Shown here piece by piece: positions 18,981-28,910 of a DNA stretch of 64,000 bases. Origin of the DNA: an uncultured Bacteroidales bacterium (lineage in GTDB: Bacteria > Bacteroidota > Bacteroidia > Bacteroidales > VadinHA17); contig CAWGRY010000001.1 in the NCBI GenBank assembly GCA_963825165.1, forward strand, positions 116,616 to 180,615, in the 5' to 3' direction. How positions within the stretch are numbered: position 1 is the first letter of the stretch; each line of letters opens with the position of its first letter. The notes beneath the pieces are model-generated. The model was not told the origin of the DNA and ran no database searches. It saw only the letters and a program-made list of their open reading frames with translations. Position numbers and translations under genes: made by a program.

Positions 18981-20447
18981 ATGGTTCAACTGGGGGAAAT
19001 AAAACCAAGGAAGCTGTGGGGATACTTTGAAGAGATCTGCAGGATACCGAGGCTTTCCAAGAACGAAGGAAAGATAAGGGCCTACCTGCTTGATTTCGCA
19101 AAGAAGCATAACCTTGAGGCCAAAGAAGACGGTGTTGGCAATATTCTTATAATCAGGGAAGCCTATCCGGGCAAGGAGCATATCAGCACGGTGGTCCTGC
19201 AGAGTCATCTTGACATGGTAGGAGAGAAAAATGCTTCACACCCTCATAACTGGAAGGAGGATCCAATTATCCCCGTTGTCGACGGGAAGTGGGTATGTGC
19301 CAGCGGTACTACACTCGGTGCGGACGATGGCATAGGTATTGCCGCACAGATGGCGGTGCTTACCGAGCCATACCTGCAATGCGGACGCATAGAATGCCTG
19401 TTCACGGTGGACGAGGAGTCAGGGATGACAGGTGCGATAAACCTGAAGCCTGACTTTTTCACCGGTCGCATACTCCTCAACCTCGACTCTGAGGATGAGG
19501 GCATCCTCTTTATAGGATGCGCCGGAGGAATAGATACGCAGGCGATGCTGCCGTATACACCTGAAAAGGTACCGGCAGGGCACAGAGCGATGAATATTTC
19601 GGTTACCGGTCTTCACGGCGGTCATTCGGGTGACGAGATACATAAGGGTTACGGCAATTCCATAAAGATCATTGCCAGACTGTTACAGGACCTTGAAAAA
19701 AAATACAACATACAGATCAGCAACTTCACCGGCGGAAACCTGCGAAATGCTATCCCGAGGGAAGCATTTCTCACTATCACTTTCAATCCTGTTCATGAAG
19801 AACTGATCCTTGCAGACACAGCGGCATACAATACCCTGGTACGTGATGAGTACGGTACTCTTGAGCCTGACCTTAAGGTCTCAGCCACACCTGCAGACGT
19901 ACCGTCAGCTGTTATTGATCCTAAGACACAGCACAAGCTGCTGAACGCACTAAGCATTGTTCCGCACGGTGTGCTGGGCTGGTCAAAAGAGATACCTGAC
20001 CTGGTCGAGACATCGAGCAACCTGGCGACCATACGTCTGACTGAAGACAAAATGATCCATGTCGTTACCACCCAGAGGAGCTCTTCTGACGAAGCCAGGC
20101 ACTATGCTGCGATGAAGGCTGAGGCAAGCTTCGATCTTGCCGGCGCCAGGGTGACACACTCAGACGGTTATCCCGGATGGAAGCCGAACATGAACTCCGC
20201 CATCCTGAGGCTGATGATAAATTCATACCGCAAGCTGTTCGGAAAGGTGCCGCAGGTCAAAGCAATCCACGCAGGGCTTGAGTGCGGTCTTATACTTGAA
20301 AAATACAAAGGGATTGATATGATCTCCTTCGGTCCTACAATAAGGGGAGCTCACACTCCCGAGGAAAGGATTGAGATCGAAACTGTACAGATGTTCTGGG
20401 ATCTGCTGATGGATGTTCTCAGGCACTTGCCTGAAGAACGTACCTAA
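18981..20447 (+). CDS. pepD: Aminoacyl-histidine (Xaa-His) dipeptidase, M20C
   Basis: [12 protein letters not shown] and [15 protein letters not shown] closely match PepD motifs. 488 aa. Confidence 0.9.
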   Translation: MVQLGEIKPRKLWGYFEEICRIPRLSKNEGKIRAYLLDFAKKHNLEAKEDGVGNILIIREAYPGKEHISTVVLQSHLDMVGEKNASHPHNWKEDPIIPVVDGKWVCASGTTLGADDGIGIAAQMAVLTEPYLQCGRIECLFTVDEESGMTGAINLKPDFFTGRILLNLDSEDEGILFIGCAGGIDTQAMLPYTPEKVPAGHRAMNISVTGLHGGHSGDEIHKGYGNSIKIIARLLQDLEKKYNIQISNFTGGNLRNAIPREAFLTITFNPVHEELILADTAAYNTLVRDEYGTLEPDLKVSATPADVPSAVIDPKTQHKLLNALSIVPHGVLGWSKEIPDLVETSSNLATIRLTEDKMIHVVTTQRSSSDEARHYAAMKAEASFDLAGARVTHSDGYPGWKPNMNSAILRLMINSYRKLFGKVPQVKAIHAGLECGLILEKYKGIDMISFGPTIRGAHTPEERIEIETVQMFWDLLMDVLRHLPEERT

Positions 20448-20605
20448 TCGTATTCTTCAAAATCATCGGCAGGAGCTCCGCATACCGGGCATGCCCATCC
20501 TGAGGGCAGGTCTTCAAATGGTGTACCGGGCGGTACGCCGGCATATTCATCGCCTGCCTCAGGGTCATAGATATAACCGCAAACCGGGCATTTGTATCTG
20601 ATCAT
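20444..20605 (-). CDS. Rubredoxin (53 aa; below the ORF-track length cut-off)
   Basis: My translation is [53 protein letters not shown], with two CPxCG knuckles. It starts 12 nt downstream of the citF stop. Its stop (20444-20446) overlaps the pepD stop (20445-20447). Confidence 0.9.
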   Translation of the reverse strand: MIRYKCPVCGYIYDPEAGDEYAGVPPGTPFEDLPSGWACPVCGAPADDFEEYD

Positions 20606-20616
20606 TTCAACAGCGT

Positions 20617-22209
20617 TTAATTTTTCACTTTCCTGACAGCGTCAATTACCGTGCCGTCAACCCATTTGATTGCAGCGACAACCTTCTCGTCAAATGCTGC
20701 CTTCGCAGGTCTTCCGCATATTTTCTCCGCAGTATCCTTAAGCTCTTCAATGGTCACCAGCGGCAGTCCCTTGCCTTTTACGGAATCAATCAGATCCTGT
20801 CTCAGCGGGTTGATGGCAATCCCCCTCTCGGTAATGATGACATCAATAAGTTCACCGGGGCCGCACAGGGTTGTGACCTGATCAACGATGACAGGTATCC
20901 TGTCGCGGAAAAGCGGAACGGGTATAATCACGTTACGGGCATGGAGGCAGTTCTGCCACCCTCCTATCCCGTGAAGAAGGAGCCCGTCAGAGTGGGTCAC
21001 CACATTACCGTTGAAGCCGGTATCGATCTCTGTCGCACCCAGGATCATAATATCCATCATTGTGGTCAGATTACCTTTTGAATGATAATTATATGCATTG
21101 AACACCGGATAAGGTATATGATTTGGATTTTGCTCGATTGATCTTACGGCATCCAGATCAAACGCCTGGGCATCAAGAATATATCCCATCTGACCTTCTT
21201 TCAGCATCTGCACCATATATTTTGTGCTGCCTCCGAAGCCGAACCGGAACTTCCATCCCTTTTTCCTGAGCATTTCATGGACAAAAACTGCGATGGCGAG
21301 GCTTGTACCACCTGCTCCGGCCTGCATAGTGGCTCCGTCATGCATCAGGCCGGATTTCTCAAGGAATGATGCCGTCAGCTCGGCAATAAGGAGTCTGTCA
21401 GGGCTTTTGGTGATCTGTGTCGTTCCGGAAACAATTTTTTCAGGTATACCTATCTTGTCAACAACAACCACATAATCAACATAGTTACCTTCTATCTCCA
21501 TAGGGAAGCAGGGCAGGTCAACAAGGTGATCCGTGACAACAATTACCTTATCAGCATAGAGGTAATCAGTCTTGGCATATCCCAGCACTCCCGTGGCTGA
21601 GGGTCCGCCGGTGCCTTTTGCATTTCCGAATGCATCGGCAGCAGGAGCAGCCAGCACGGCTATATCTATTTTCACCTCGCCGTCCTGTATGGCCTGTACC
21701 CTGCCGCCGTGAGAGCGCAGCACCGCCATACCTTTCATCCTTCCTTCTGAGACGAACCTGCCTAAGGGTCCGTTCATGCTTCCTTCTATACGGTTGATCG
21801 TCCCGTTTTCCAGGTGTTCAATCACAGGATCATTGCACGGGAACGATGCTGAAGGGAGCCAGACAAGGTCTCTGACGCCCATGGAGGCAGCAATGTCAAA
21901 TATCTGGTTGCTTATCAGATCGCCGTCACGAAGGTGATGATGCGATGAAACGGTCATCCCGTCTTTCAGTCCGCATAGTTCAAGGGCCTCTTTCAGAGAA
22001 GCCACTACCTTATTGTTATCCGCGGGGTAGTCAATGCACGTAGGTATCGGAGGAGCGTATTTTCTTCCGGAGGGCCTGTGTTTACCCACACCCTTGAAAG
22101 GGATGGCCTCTCTCCCGTTGATCTCATCCGGAACCATGCGCCCGGCGGCATTCTTAACCATTTTCATGACCAGGTCTGCATTTATGTTATTCCTTAATCT
22201 CTTCTTCAC
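20617..22209 (-). CDS. citF: Citrate lyase alpha subunit (citrate CoA-transferase)
   Basis: Colinear with CitF ([47 protein letters not shown]). Alternative starts at 22167 or 22161 (MKMVKN) would remove the overlap with the upstream gene. Confidence 0.9.
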   Translation of the reverse strand: MKKRLRNNINADLVMKMVKNAAGRMVPDEINGREAIPFKGVGKHRPSGRKYAPPIPTCIDYPADNNKVVASLKEALELCGLKDGMTVSSHHHLRDGDLISNQIFDIAASMGVRDLVWLPSASFPCNDPVIEHLENGTINRIEGSMNGPLGRFVSEGRMKGMAVLRSHGGRVQAIQDGEVKIDIAVLAAPAADAFGNAKGTGGPSATGVLGYAKTDYLYADKVIVVTDHLVDLPCFPMEIEGNYVDYVVVVDKIGIPEKIVSGTTQITKSPDRLLIAELTASFLEKSGLMHDGATMQAGAGGTSLAIAVFVHEMLRKKGWKFRFGFGGSTKYMVQMLKEGQMGYILDAQAFDLDAVRSIEQNPNHIPYPVFNAYNYHSKGNLTTMMDIMILGATEIDTGFNGNVVTHSDGLLLHGIGGWQNCLHARNVIIPVPLFRDRIPVIVDQVTTLCGPGELIDVIITERGIAINPLRQDLIDSVKGKGLPLVTIEELKDTAEKICGRPAKAAFDEKVVAAIKWVDGTVIDAVRKVKN

Positions 22210-23440
22210 TCCATTTGTCAGACAGTAATCCCAGTCTTATTGCCAGGTTTATTGTCTTCTCTGCCCGTGTCACCACAGGCGGGTCGATCATCTTTGAACC
22301 CAGGGCGACAACACCGAGGCCCTTGTCAAGGGCATCACGGTATGCGAGAATTATCTTCCTGGCTTTTTCAATCTCATCCGGGGCCGGTGAGAAACCTTCC
22401 CTGATAACTGCTATCTGCCGGGGGTGAATACACCCCATTCCTTCAAAGCCCATGGCTTTTGATGACAATACATTATCAAGCAGCCCTTCCATATCACCCA
22501 CATCTGAAAATACGGAGTCAATTGGTTGTATGCCGGCAGCTTTGGCGGCAACAACAATGCGATTACGGGCGTAGAGAGATTCTTTGCCTTCTTTAGTGCG
22601 CTGGACGCCAAGATCAGCCGTATAATCCTCGAGTCCTATGGCGAGAGCAACAACATCCGGTGTCGCAGTAGCTATTTCATAGGCCCTCTCGACACCTCCC
22701 GCGCTTTCTATGATGGGCATCAGGAAGACAGTTTCGGTCTGACCCTCCCTCTTTTTTATTTCTTTTATTTTTTCATCAACTGTCCTGAGTGTTTCAGCAT
22801 TCTCACATTTCGGGACAAGGACAAGATGAACATTATGGGGTATGACATATTCAAGGTCCGCCAGGCCGCGTTCACCCTGGTTGATACGCACCATTCTCTC
22901 TGCACCGTAAAAATTCACTGAACGGAGAGCATTTCTGACAAGTATTCTTGCTTCATCCTTTTTATCCGGGGCAACAGAGTCTTCGAGGTCAAGAATTACA
23001 CCGTCAGGTGAATGGAGGCCTGCATTAAGGAACATGCCGGGATTGTTACCGGGGAGATACAGTCTTGAAAAGCGAAACCTCTCCTTTGATGAGGGGTAAT
23101 TATTTTCGGAAATCATTTCCGGCAGGAAAGCAGTGGTTGTACCTGCCAGAGCTCTCACGGCCGCCTCCACCCTTGCAGCAATGACAAACGGAAGAGCCCC
23201 GCTGTCGTTGACAGAAAGCCTGGCGTTCTTAATGCCGAAGAACGTGAGGAGATCGCGGCATTGCGTTTCGATGGCTTTGCCGTACATGCTCTTAACCTTT
23301 GATTTTATGTTTAGCTCAAGGCCTCCCGAACTTGTTATCTCAAGGGTCACTTCAATATCCGACCTGACCTTTGGCCCGGCATTGCCGGTCACACTCTGTG
23401 TCATCTCTGCTGTTTTTGGTAGTTTTCTCTTAGTTTGCAT
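22187..23440 (-). CDS. Fused citrate lyase acyl-carrier (gamma, CitD) and citryl-CoA lyase (beta, CitE) protein
   Basis: The first ~100 aa (MTQSVTGNAGPKVRSDIEV...GALPFVIAARVEAAVRA) resemble CitD. The remainder (SRLYLPGNNP...DLEDSVAPDKKDEAR...GMGCIHPRQI) is HpcH/CitE-like. An alternative start at 23404 aligns with the CitD N-terminus. Confidence 0.8.
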   Translation of the reverse strand: MQTKRKLPKTAEMTQSVTGNAGPKVRSDIEVTLEITSSGGLELNIKSKVKSMYGKAIETQCRDLLTFFGIKNARLSVNDSGALPFVIAARVEAAVRALAGTTTAFLPEMISENNYPSSKERFRFSRLYLPGNNPGMFLNAGLHSPDGVILDLEDSVAPDKKDEARILVRNALRSVNFYGAERMVRINQGERGLADLEYVIPHNVHLVLVPKCENAETLRTVDEKIKEIKKREGQTETVFLMPIIESAGGVERAYEIATATPDVVALAIGLEDYTADLGVQRTKEGKESLYARNRIVVAAKAAGIQPIDSVFSDVGDMEGLLDNVLSSKAMGFEGMGCIHPRQIAVIREGFSPAPDEIEKARKIILAYRDALDKGLGVVALGSKMIDPPVVTRAEKTINLAIRLGLLSDKWSEEEIKE

Positions 23441-23448
23441 TAGTGCTC

Positions 23449-23877
23449 CTACCGGAGTTCAACCAGTACTTCATCCTGGTTCACTGTCTGTCCGGGTGTG
23501 ATTTTGACAGAAGCCACAACTCCCGGGTTCTCCGCCTTAATGGCATTCTCCATCTTCATGGTTTCAAGGGTGCAAAGGCTCTGGCCTTTTGTTACCTCAT
23601 CACCCGGTTTAACCAGCACCTGTACAATAATTCCCGGCAGTGGCGCCTTTACCTGAACGACCGGGCCGCCGCTTTTCCCGGCCGGCGAGGGTGATCCGGC
23701 ATTCCCGGGTTTTGCATGTGCAGCCGGAACCTTAAACGGCATAAGCTTAGGCGGTTCCCGGATAAGCTCTACATCGTAAGCAGTACCGTTAACCTCTATT
23801 TTAGTCAGGTTGCCTTCCGTATCCAGCACATCCACCTTGTAGAGGTTTCCGTTTATCGTGAATTTATATTCTTTCAT
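23449..23877 (-). CDS. Biotin carboxyl carrier protein (MmdC/OadA-biotinyl type)
   Basis: C-terminal biotinyl domain with the attachment motif CTLETMKMEN, plus a Pro/Ala linker. 142 aa. Confidence 0.85.
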   Translation of the reverse strand: MKEYKFTINGNLYKVDVLDTEGNLTKIEVNGTAYDVELIREPPKLMPFKVPAAHAKPGNAGSPSPAGKSGGPVVQVKAPLPGIIVQVLVKPGDEVTKGQSLCTLETMKMENAIKAENPGVVASVKITPGQTVNQDEVLVELR

Positions 23878-23907
23878 CTGTTTATTCTTTGATGCGATAC
23901 ATTGGTA

Positions 23908-24132
23908 TTACAGGTTTCTCATGTGATAAAGCTTCGAGCTCCATGGGGAATATAACTTTGAGATACGTTTAATTGTCACCACACCGCTTTCAACATCATG
24001 CATCTCCCCAAAATGCAGGTATAAGGCCATGGCAACTGCTGCGGAAACCTCTCCCGGATCAATATGCGGAGCCTCGTCTTTCACTGCCTGTTTCCCCCTG
24101 AAAAGTTTTCTCAGACCCTTTTTCTCTTCCAT
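23908..24132 (-). CDS. Small conserved protein of the methylmalonyl-CoA decarboxylase-type operon (possibly OadG/MmdD-related, no obvious TM helix)
   Basis: 74 aa, tightly packed between the carboxyltransferase and BCCP genes. EVSAAVAMALYLHF...VVTIKRI...YSPWSSKLY resembles small subunits seen at this position in Bacteroidales. Function is not established. Confidence 0.5.
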   Translation of the reverse strand: MEEKKGLRKLFRGKQAVKDEAPHIDPGEVSAAVAMALYLHFGEMHDVESGVVTIKRISKLYSPWSSKLYHMRNL

Positions 24133-24143
24133 ATCAGTTATTC

Positions 24144-25703
24144 TTAAAGCGGGATATTGTTATGCTTTTTCATCGGACGCGGATCCTTCTTTGTTGACAG
24201 GGTATTCAAAGCCCTGATGATCCTGAATCTTGTATTTCTTGGCTCAATCACATCGTCAAGATAACCGTATCTTGCTGCTTCATAAGGATTGGCAAACTTC
24301 GAGCGGTATTCTTCCTCCTTATCTGCCACGTATTTTTTCCGTTCTGCCGGATCGGTTATTTCGCTTATTGTTCTTCCTTCGAGGACCTCTATTGCTCCCT
24401 GTGGGCCCATCACAGCTATTTCTGCAGTAGGCCAGGCATAATTAAGGTCGCCTCTGAGCTGCTTTGAAGACATCACGCAATGGGCTCCTCCATATGATTT
24501 GCGAAGTGTAACCGTCACTTTCGGTACGTTTGCCTCGCCATAGGCGAACATAAGCTTGGCTCCGTGAATAATTATGCCGCCATACTCCTGGACAGAGCCC
24601 GGCATAAAGCCCGGTACATCAACAAAAGTCACAATAGGGATATTGAATGCATCGCAGAAGCGGATGAAGCGCGCTGCTTTGCGAGATGACTCAATATCAA
24701 GGACCCCTGAAAGGTAGGCAGGCTGATTGGCCACAATACCAACAGGCATACCGTCAAATTTCGCAAATCCCACAACAATATTTCTTGCATAGGCTTCATG
24801 CACCTCCAGAAAATCGCCGTAGTCAACGACCCTTACAATAACCTCCTTGACGTCATAAGGCTGGTTCGCACTCTCAGGGATGATGTCATTGAGGTCATTT
24901 TCAAACCTGCCGTCAGGGTCATCACATTCAGTCTGCGGAGGTTCCTCGAGGTTATTCTGAGGCATGAAGGAGAGAAGTTTTCTGATAAGCATCAGGCCTT
25001 CTTCCTCCTCATCAACAGTAAAATGTGCCACGCCTGATTTTGTGGCATGCATATCTGCTCCTCCCAGTTCTTCGATAGTGATATCTTCTCCTGTTACGGA
25101 TTTTGCGACCCTGGGTCCGGTGACGAACATATAGCTGCTTTTGCGGGCCATGATGGTGAAGTCGGTAAGAGCCGGGGAGTAGACAGCGCCACCGGCACAC
25201 GGGCCGAAGATGGCTGATATCTGGGGTATTACGCCCGAGGCAAGAATATTACGCTCAAATATCTCAGCATAACCTGCCAGGCTGCGAACGCCCTCCTGTA
25301 TCCTGGCACCGCCTGAGTCGTTTATGCCGATGATCGGTGCGCCCACTTTCATGGCCTGATCCATGATCTTGCATATTTTTTGTGCATATGTCTCTGAGAG
25401 CGAGCCCCCAAAGACTGTAAAGTCCTGTGCAAACACAAACACTATACGTCCGTCAATGGTTCCATGACCCGTTATCACACCGTCAGAGAGAAACTTCTTA
25501 TCGGCCAGACCGAAGTCTTCAGTACGGTGAGTAACGAACATATCGTATTCCTCGAAGCTCCCCTCGTCAAGGAGCATTGTAATACGTTCCCTGGCCGTAA
25601 GCTTGCCCTTTGAGTGCTGATCTTCAATGCGTTTATCACCACCACCCTTTCGTGCTTTCTCCCTGAAATCAAGGAGTTGTTTAATTCTTTCCTGGCTATT
25701 CAT
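24144..25703 (-). CDS. mmdA: Methylmalonyl-CoA carboxyltransferase / propionyl-CoA carboxylase beta-type subunit
   Basis: 519 aa carboxyltransferase ([45 protein letters not shown]). Confidence 0.9.
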   Translation of the reverse strand: MNSQERIKQLLDFREKARKGGGDKRIEDQHSKGKLTARERITMLLDEGSFEEYDMFVTHRTEDFGLADKKFLSDGVITGHGTIDGRIVFVFAQDFTVFGGSLSETYAQKICKIMDQAMKVGAPIIGINDSGGARIQEGVRSLAGYAEIFERNILASGVIPQISAIFGPCAGGAVYSPALTDFTIMARKSSYMFVTGPRVAKSVTGEDITIEELGGADMHATKSGVAHFTVDEEEEGLMLIRKLLSFMPQNNLEEPPQTECDDPDGRFENDLNDIIPESANQPYDVKEVIVRVVDYGDFLEVHEAYARNIVVGFAKFDGMPVGIVANQPAYLSGVLDIESSRKAARFIRFCDAFNIPIVTFVDVPGFMPGSVQEYGGIIIHGAKLMFAYGEANVPKVTVTLRKSYGGAHCVMSSKQLRGDLNYAWPTAEIAVMGPQGAIEVLEGRTISEITDPAERKKYVADKEEEYRSKFANPYEAARYGYLDDVIEPRNTRFRIIRALNTLSTKKDPRPMKKHNNIPL

Positions 25704-25709
25704 CTAACC

Positions 25710-26135
25710 TTATAGTTTATTATTATCCCTGTTTTTGTCTTCGCAAAACTCCGTGAGAACACCAAAAGTTGACTTGGGATGGAGGAACGCAATGCTCAGT
25801 CCTTCAGCTCCCTGACGTGGCGCAGTGTCAATCAGTCTGACACCGGCAGCTTCGGCTTCCTTAAGCCCCTCTTCAATATTCTCAACAGCATACGCTATAT
25901 GATGTATCCCTTCTCCCCTTTTCTCAATGAATCTGCCTATCGGTCCCTCAGGATCGGTTGATTCCAGCAACTCAATCTTGGTCTGGCCAACCATAAAAAA
26001 GGCAGTCTTTACTTTCTGGTCTGCAACCTCCTCTACACTGTAACATTTCAGGCCTAAAACCTTTTCATAGAATGGTATGGCATCTGAAAGCGAATTTACT
26101 GCAATTCCGATATGCTCGATGTGCGTTGGTCTCAT
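25710..26135 (-). CDS. mce: Methylmalonyl-CoA epimerase (VOC/glyoxalase fold)
   Basis: 141 aa with IEHIGIAVNSL...GEGIHHIAYAV...AFLHPKSTFGVLTEF, typical of methylmalonyl-CoA epimerase and located directly upstream of mmdA. Confidence 0.85.
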   Translation of the reverse strand: MRPTHIEHIGIAVNSLSDAIPFYEKVLGLKCYSVEEVADQKVKTAFFMVGQTKIELLESTDPEGPIGRFIEKRGEGIHHIAYAVENIEEGLKEAEAAGVRLIDTAPRQGAEGLSIAFLHPKSTFGVLTEFCEDKNRDNNKL

Positions 26136-26319
26136 AAAAGTGAAAATTTAATTGCCAATGGAAATGACAGCGCAAAGTAATCGTATTTAACACTGTCTCA
26201 AAAGATAAATATCATGTTTTAGGGTTTAATATAACATTTAGACCACCCCGGGGAAACAGAAAATCAGTCTGGAGATCCTCCGCCTGCAGTTGACGGTATC
26301 CGGTGTGACTCAGCGTATA

Positions 26320-27879
26320 TCAGAAAGGAAAATCAGACGGAGCGGATTCCAACGCTTTCGATTTAGGCTTGCTGGCGGCCTCGTGAACAGGATTTCCGTC
26401 AACAAAAATAGCCTTGAACGGTTTTGTCGGGCAGGCGTATTCGCAGGCCCCGCAACCGATGCAAATTTTATCATCAACTTCAGGTATGAGAAGCTTGCCT
26501 TCATAAGGCTTCATGTCACATGCCTTTGTGGGGCAATGTTCAGAACAGGCTCCGCAATTGGTCTTCTCCGTTTCAACTATACAATTATCCTTGATGAATA
26601 CGGCCTTGCCTATCTGAGTCAGCTTTTTGGCCTCAAGCATAAGTGGCATGATGGCACCGGTAGGGCAGATCTCTGTACAGATTGTGCATTCATAATTGCA
26701 GAAACCTCTGTGATTATCCATCCTTGGCTGCATTATACCTGCCACACCGTACTCGTTCACCGATGGTTGCAGGACGCTGGTAGGACAGGCTGAGACACAC
26801 AGCGAACATGCAGTGCACCTTGCCGTGAAGGATTCTATGCCTGTGGAGCCGGGAGGTGTTACAGGGTACAGCCTGTCCTCCTTTACTGTTGATTCCTTTT
26901 TTGGAACAATAATGGTATCCTGGGCACGGCCAATCCGGGAACCGCCGGCAAGCAAAATGAGAGACCCTGCAACAAACTTGCGCCGTGAAGCATCCGGTTC
27001 CTGATCCGGTTTGGGAGACTTAAGCCTCACAAGACCATATGACATTGCCTTATCCGTGCATGATTCAATACAATTGAAGCAGTTGACGCACCTGCTTGTA
27101 TCAACATGTTTATTCAGAAAATCGATGCATGATGATTTGCAGGCCATCGCACACCGTCCGCAGCGGCTGCACTTTGCCTCATCAAATTTTATCCTGAACA
27201 GGGATATTTTACTTAAAAAACCAAGAAACGTTCCTACCGGACAGACAGTGTTGCAGTAAAGCCTGCCATGCTTGAATGCCAAAAATGCGATAAGCACAAG
27301 GAACGCTGTTGGAATAGCATAAGCTGCAAGTTCATAAGGCTTTATGTCAACCCTGAAGAGGGTGTAGATGTCAAACTTGCCGAAAAGTGAGGCCAGCAGA
27401 TTATTCAGTACCAGCACAACTGGTTTGGCAAAAAAGGTCATGAATCTGCCGAAGGTACTGTAAGGGTCAAGTATTGTCAGCACATAAACCCCTCCCAGGA
27501 GCAGTATTCCTGCAGTCAGGACAAGTATAAAATATCTGAGGATTGTATAGGGTTTTTTGTATCCGTATTTGCGGAATCGTCTTTTAAATACTCCTCCTAT
27601 CCTGCTGATTACGTCCTGGGAAATACCCAGAGGGCAAAGGAACGAGCAGTATGTTCTTCCTGAAAGCAGGGTCAGAGCCACGACAACAATAAATCCTGTC
27701 GCTGTCACGACACCTGCAATGACGAATTTCAGCAGTGAGGGGATGAACTGAAGATAAAGAAGCGGACCGAAGAGTTTCACAGGCACAATACTCCTGAAAT
27801 CGATAAACAGAAGTGACAGCAGCAGCAGAACCAGTACAGAAAAGATAACGCGAATATGTTTCAGGGCAGATGACCGCAT
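26320..27879 (-). CDS. Membrane-bound polyferredoxin; NapH-like module fused to a NapG-like module
   Basis: The N-terminal TM region carries two CxxxCP motifs (CSFLCPLG, CNTVCPVG) and two CxxCxxCxxxC sites. An internal SRRKFVAGSLILLAGG segment follows, then four more 4Fe-4S motifs (CTACSLCVSACP, CNYECTICTEICP, CGACSEHCP, CIGCGACEYACP). Confidence 0.75.
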   Translation of the reverse strand: MRSSALKHIRVIFSVLVLLLLSLLFIDFRSIVPVKLFGPLLYLQFIPSLLKFVIAGVVTATGFIVVVALTLLSGRTYCSFLCPLGISQDVISRIGGVFKRRFRKYGYKKPYTILRYFILVLTAGILLLGGVYVLTILDPYSTFGRFMTFFAKPVVLVLNNLLASLFGKFDIYTLFRVDIKPYELAAYAIPTAFLVLIAFLAFKHGRLYCNTVCPVGTFLGFLSKISLFRIKFDEAKCSRCGRCAMACKSSCIDFLNKHVDTSRCVNCFNCIESCTDKAMSYGLVRLKSPKPDQEPDASRRKFVAGSLILLAGGSRIGRAQDTIIVPKKESTVKEDRLYPVTPPGSTGIESFTARCTACSLCVSACPTSVLQPSVNEYGVAGIMQPRMDNHRGFCNYECTICTEICPTGAIMPLMLEAKKLTQIGKAVFIKDNCIVETEKTNCGACSEHCPTKACDMKPYEGKLLIPEVDDKICIGCGACEYACPTKPFKAIFVDGNPVHEAASKPKSKALESAPSDFPF

Positions 27880-27885
27880 GAACTC

Positions 27886-28812
27886 CTACATTTTAATTCT
27901 GTGGATGTTCAGTGTTGTTAGGTCAATCTTGCCGATGCCCATTCCTGCGGCAATTGCCAGGTGCTCAACTCTGGAAGGCTCAAGGCCCATCAACTTGGCA
28001 CCAGCAGCATCAAGTGCCACCCAGTCAGTTGAAAGCAGAAGTGACTTCATGTTTGACAGGTCATCCTTTGAGACACCCCTGGGGCCATTGCGCATCATGA
28101 CGTTATATGCATCCATGATGTTCAGAGTGGGTTTTTTGGTAAAGAGCGCATAATCTGCGATGCACTGGTTAAGGTTATTACTGTGCCAGTAACCGCGGTC
28201 CCATACGACGCCCATCATATTCTTAAGTGCTCCGGTCATCCTGGTAGAGCTATGGTGTTTCAGTATGGGTATATTGATGAAGACATCGCTGTCAAGCACC
28301 ATTTCATGTACCTTTGCCTTTGTAAGCTTTTTGCCGTTAGGTATGGCAACCTCCTGGTAATAGCTCTCCGAATTACCTGGCACGACTTTGCCGCCTGCAC
28401 TTTTCACCGCCTTTTCTATTCCTGAGTTCTTATAGCAGCTCAACCAGTCGTCACAGGTATTGTCGAAGACATAAACCTCCTTCGCACCGGCTCTGAGACA
28501 ATGTTCAACAACACGCTTAACCAGAGCAGGATTGGTGTTTCCTCCCTTTTCAGGCACCACGTCCCAGCCTATATTGGGTTTCACAAGCACCTTCTGTCCC
28601 TTGCTGACGAAAGAGCCCATTCCACCGAGAGCCTGAATGCCCATATCAAACATCTCTGCCGGCTCACCGTTCATTACAGCAATAAGGTCATAGCTGGGTC
28701 CTGCCGGAATACGCTTGCCCGCTAAAACCCTCTGATAACCGCCAAAGCTCATTAGGGCTCCGGCGGCCACACCCGCTCCAAGCGAGCTGCGCAAAAAATG
28801 TCTTCTTCTCAT
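27886..28812 (-). CDS. Tat-signal DUF362-family protein
   Basis: Twin-arginine signal MRRRHFLRSSLGAGVAAGAL. VLVKPNIG and PILKHHSSTRMTGALKNMMG match my recollection of DUF362 core motifs. There is no Cys cluster. Confidence 0.65.
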   Translation of the reverse strand: MRRRHFLRSSLGAGVAAGALMSFGGYQRVLAGKRIPAGPSYDLIAVMNGEPAEMFDMGIQALGGMGSFVSKGQKVLVKPNIGWDVVPEKGGNTNPALVKRVVEHCLRAGAKEVYVFDNTCDDWLSCYKNSGIEKAVKSAGGKVVPGNSESYYQEVAIPNGKKLTKAKVHEMVLDSDVFINIPILKHHSSTRMTGALKNMMGVVWDRGYWHSNNLNQCIADYALFTKKPTLNIMDAYNVMMRNGPRGVSKDDLSNMKSLLLSTDWVALDAAGAKLMGLEPSRVEHLAIAAGMGIGKIDLTTLNIHRIKM

Positions 28813-28910
28813 TACCTTCTGTCTGAAATATTACCCCAAAAAGCGAAGGTGCAAAATAAACATTTTTTTTAATATATCGCGAGCGTATTCTTATATTAGC
28901 AGCCTGAGAG

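Noticed and set aside
20413-20601. 62-aa plus-strand ORF listed in the track between pepD and citF.
   Set aside because: The opposite strand encodes a perfect rubredoxin. The plus-strand ORF is Arg/Pro-rich nonsense and overlaps the pepD 3' end.
26290-26793. 167-aa plus-strand ORF.
   Set aside because: It is antisense to the Cys-motif-rich C-terminus of the polyferredoxin gene, whose ferredoxin motifs establish the true frame.
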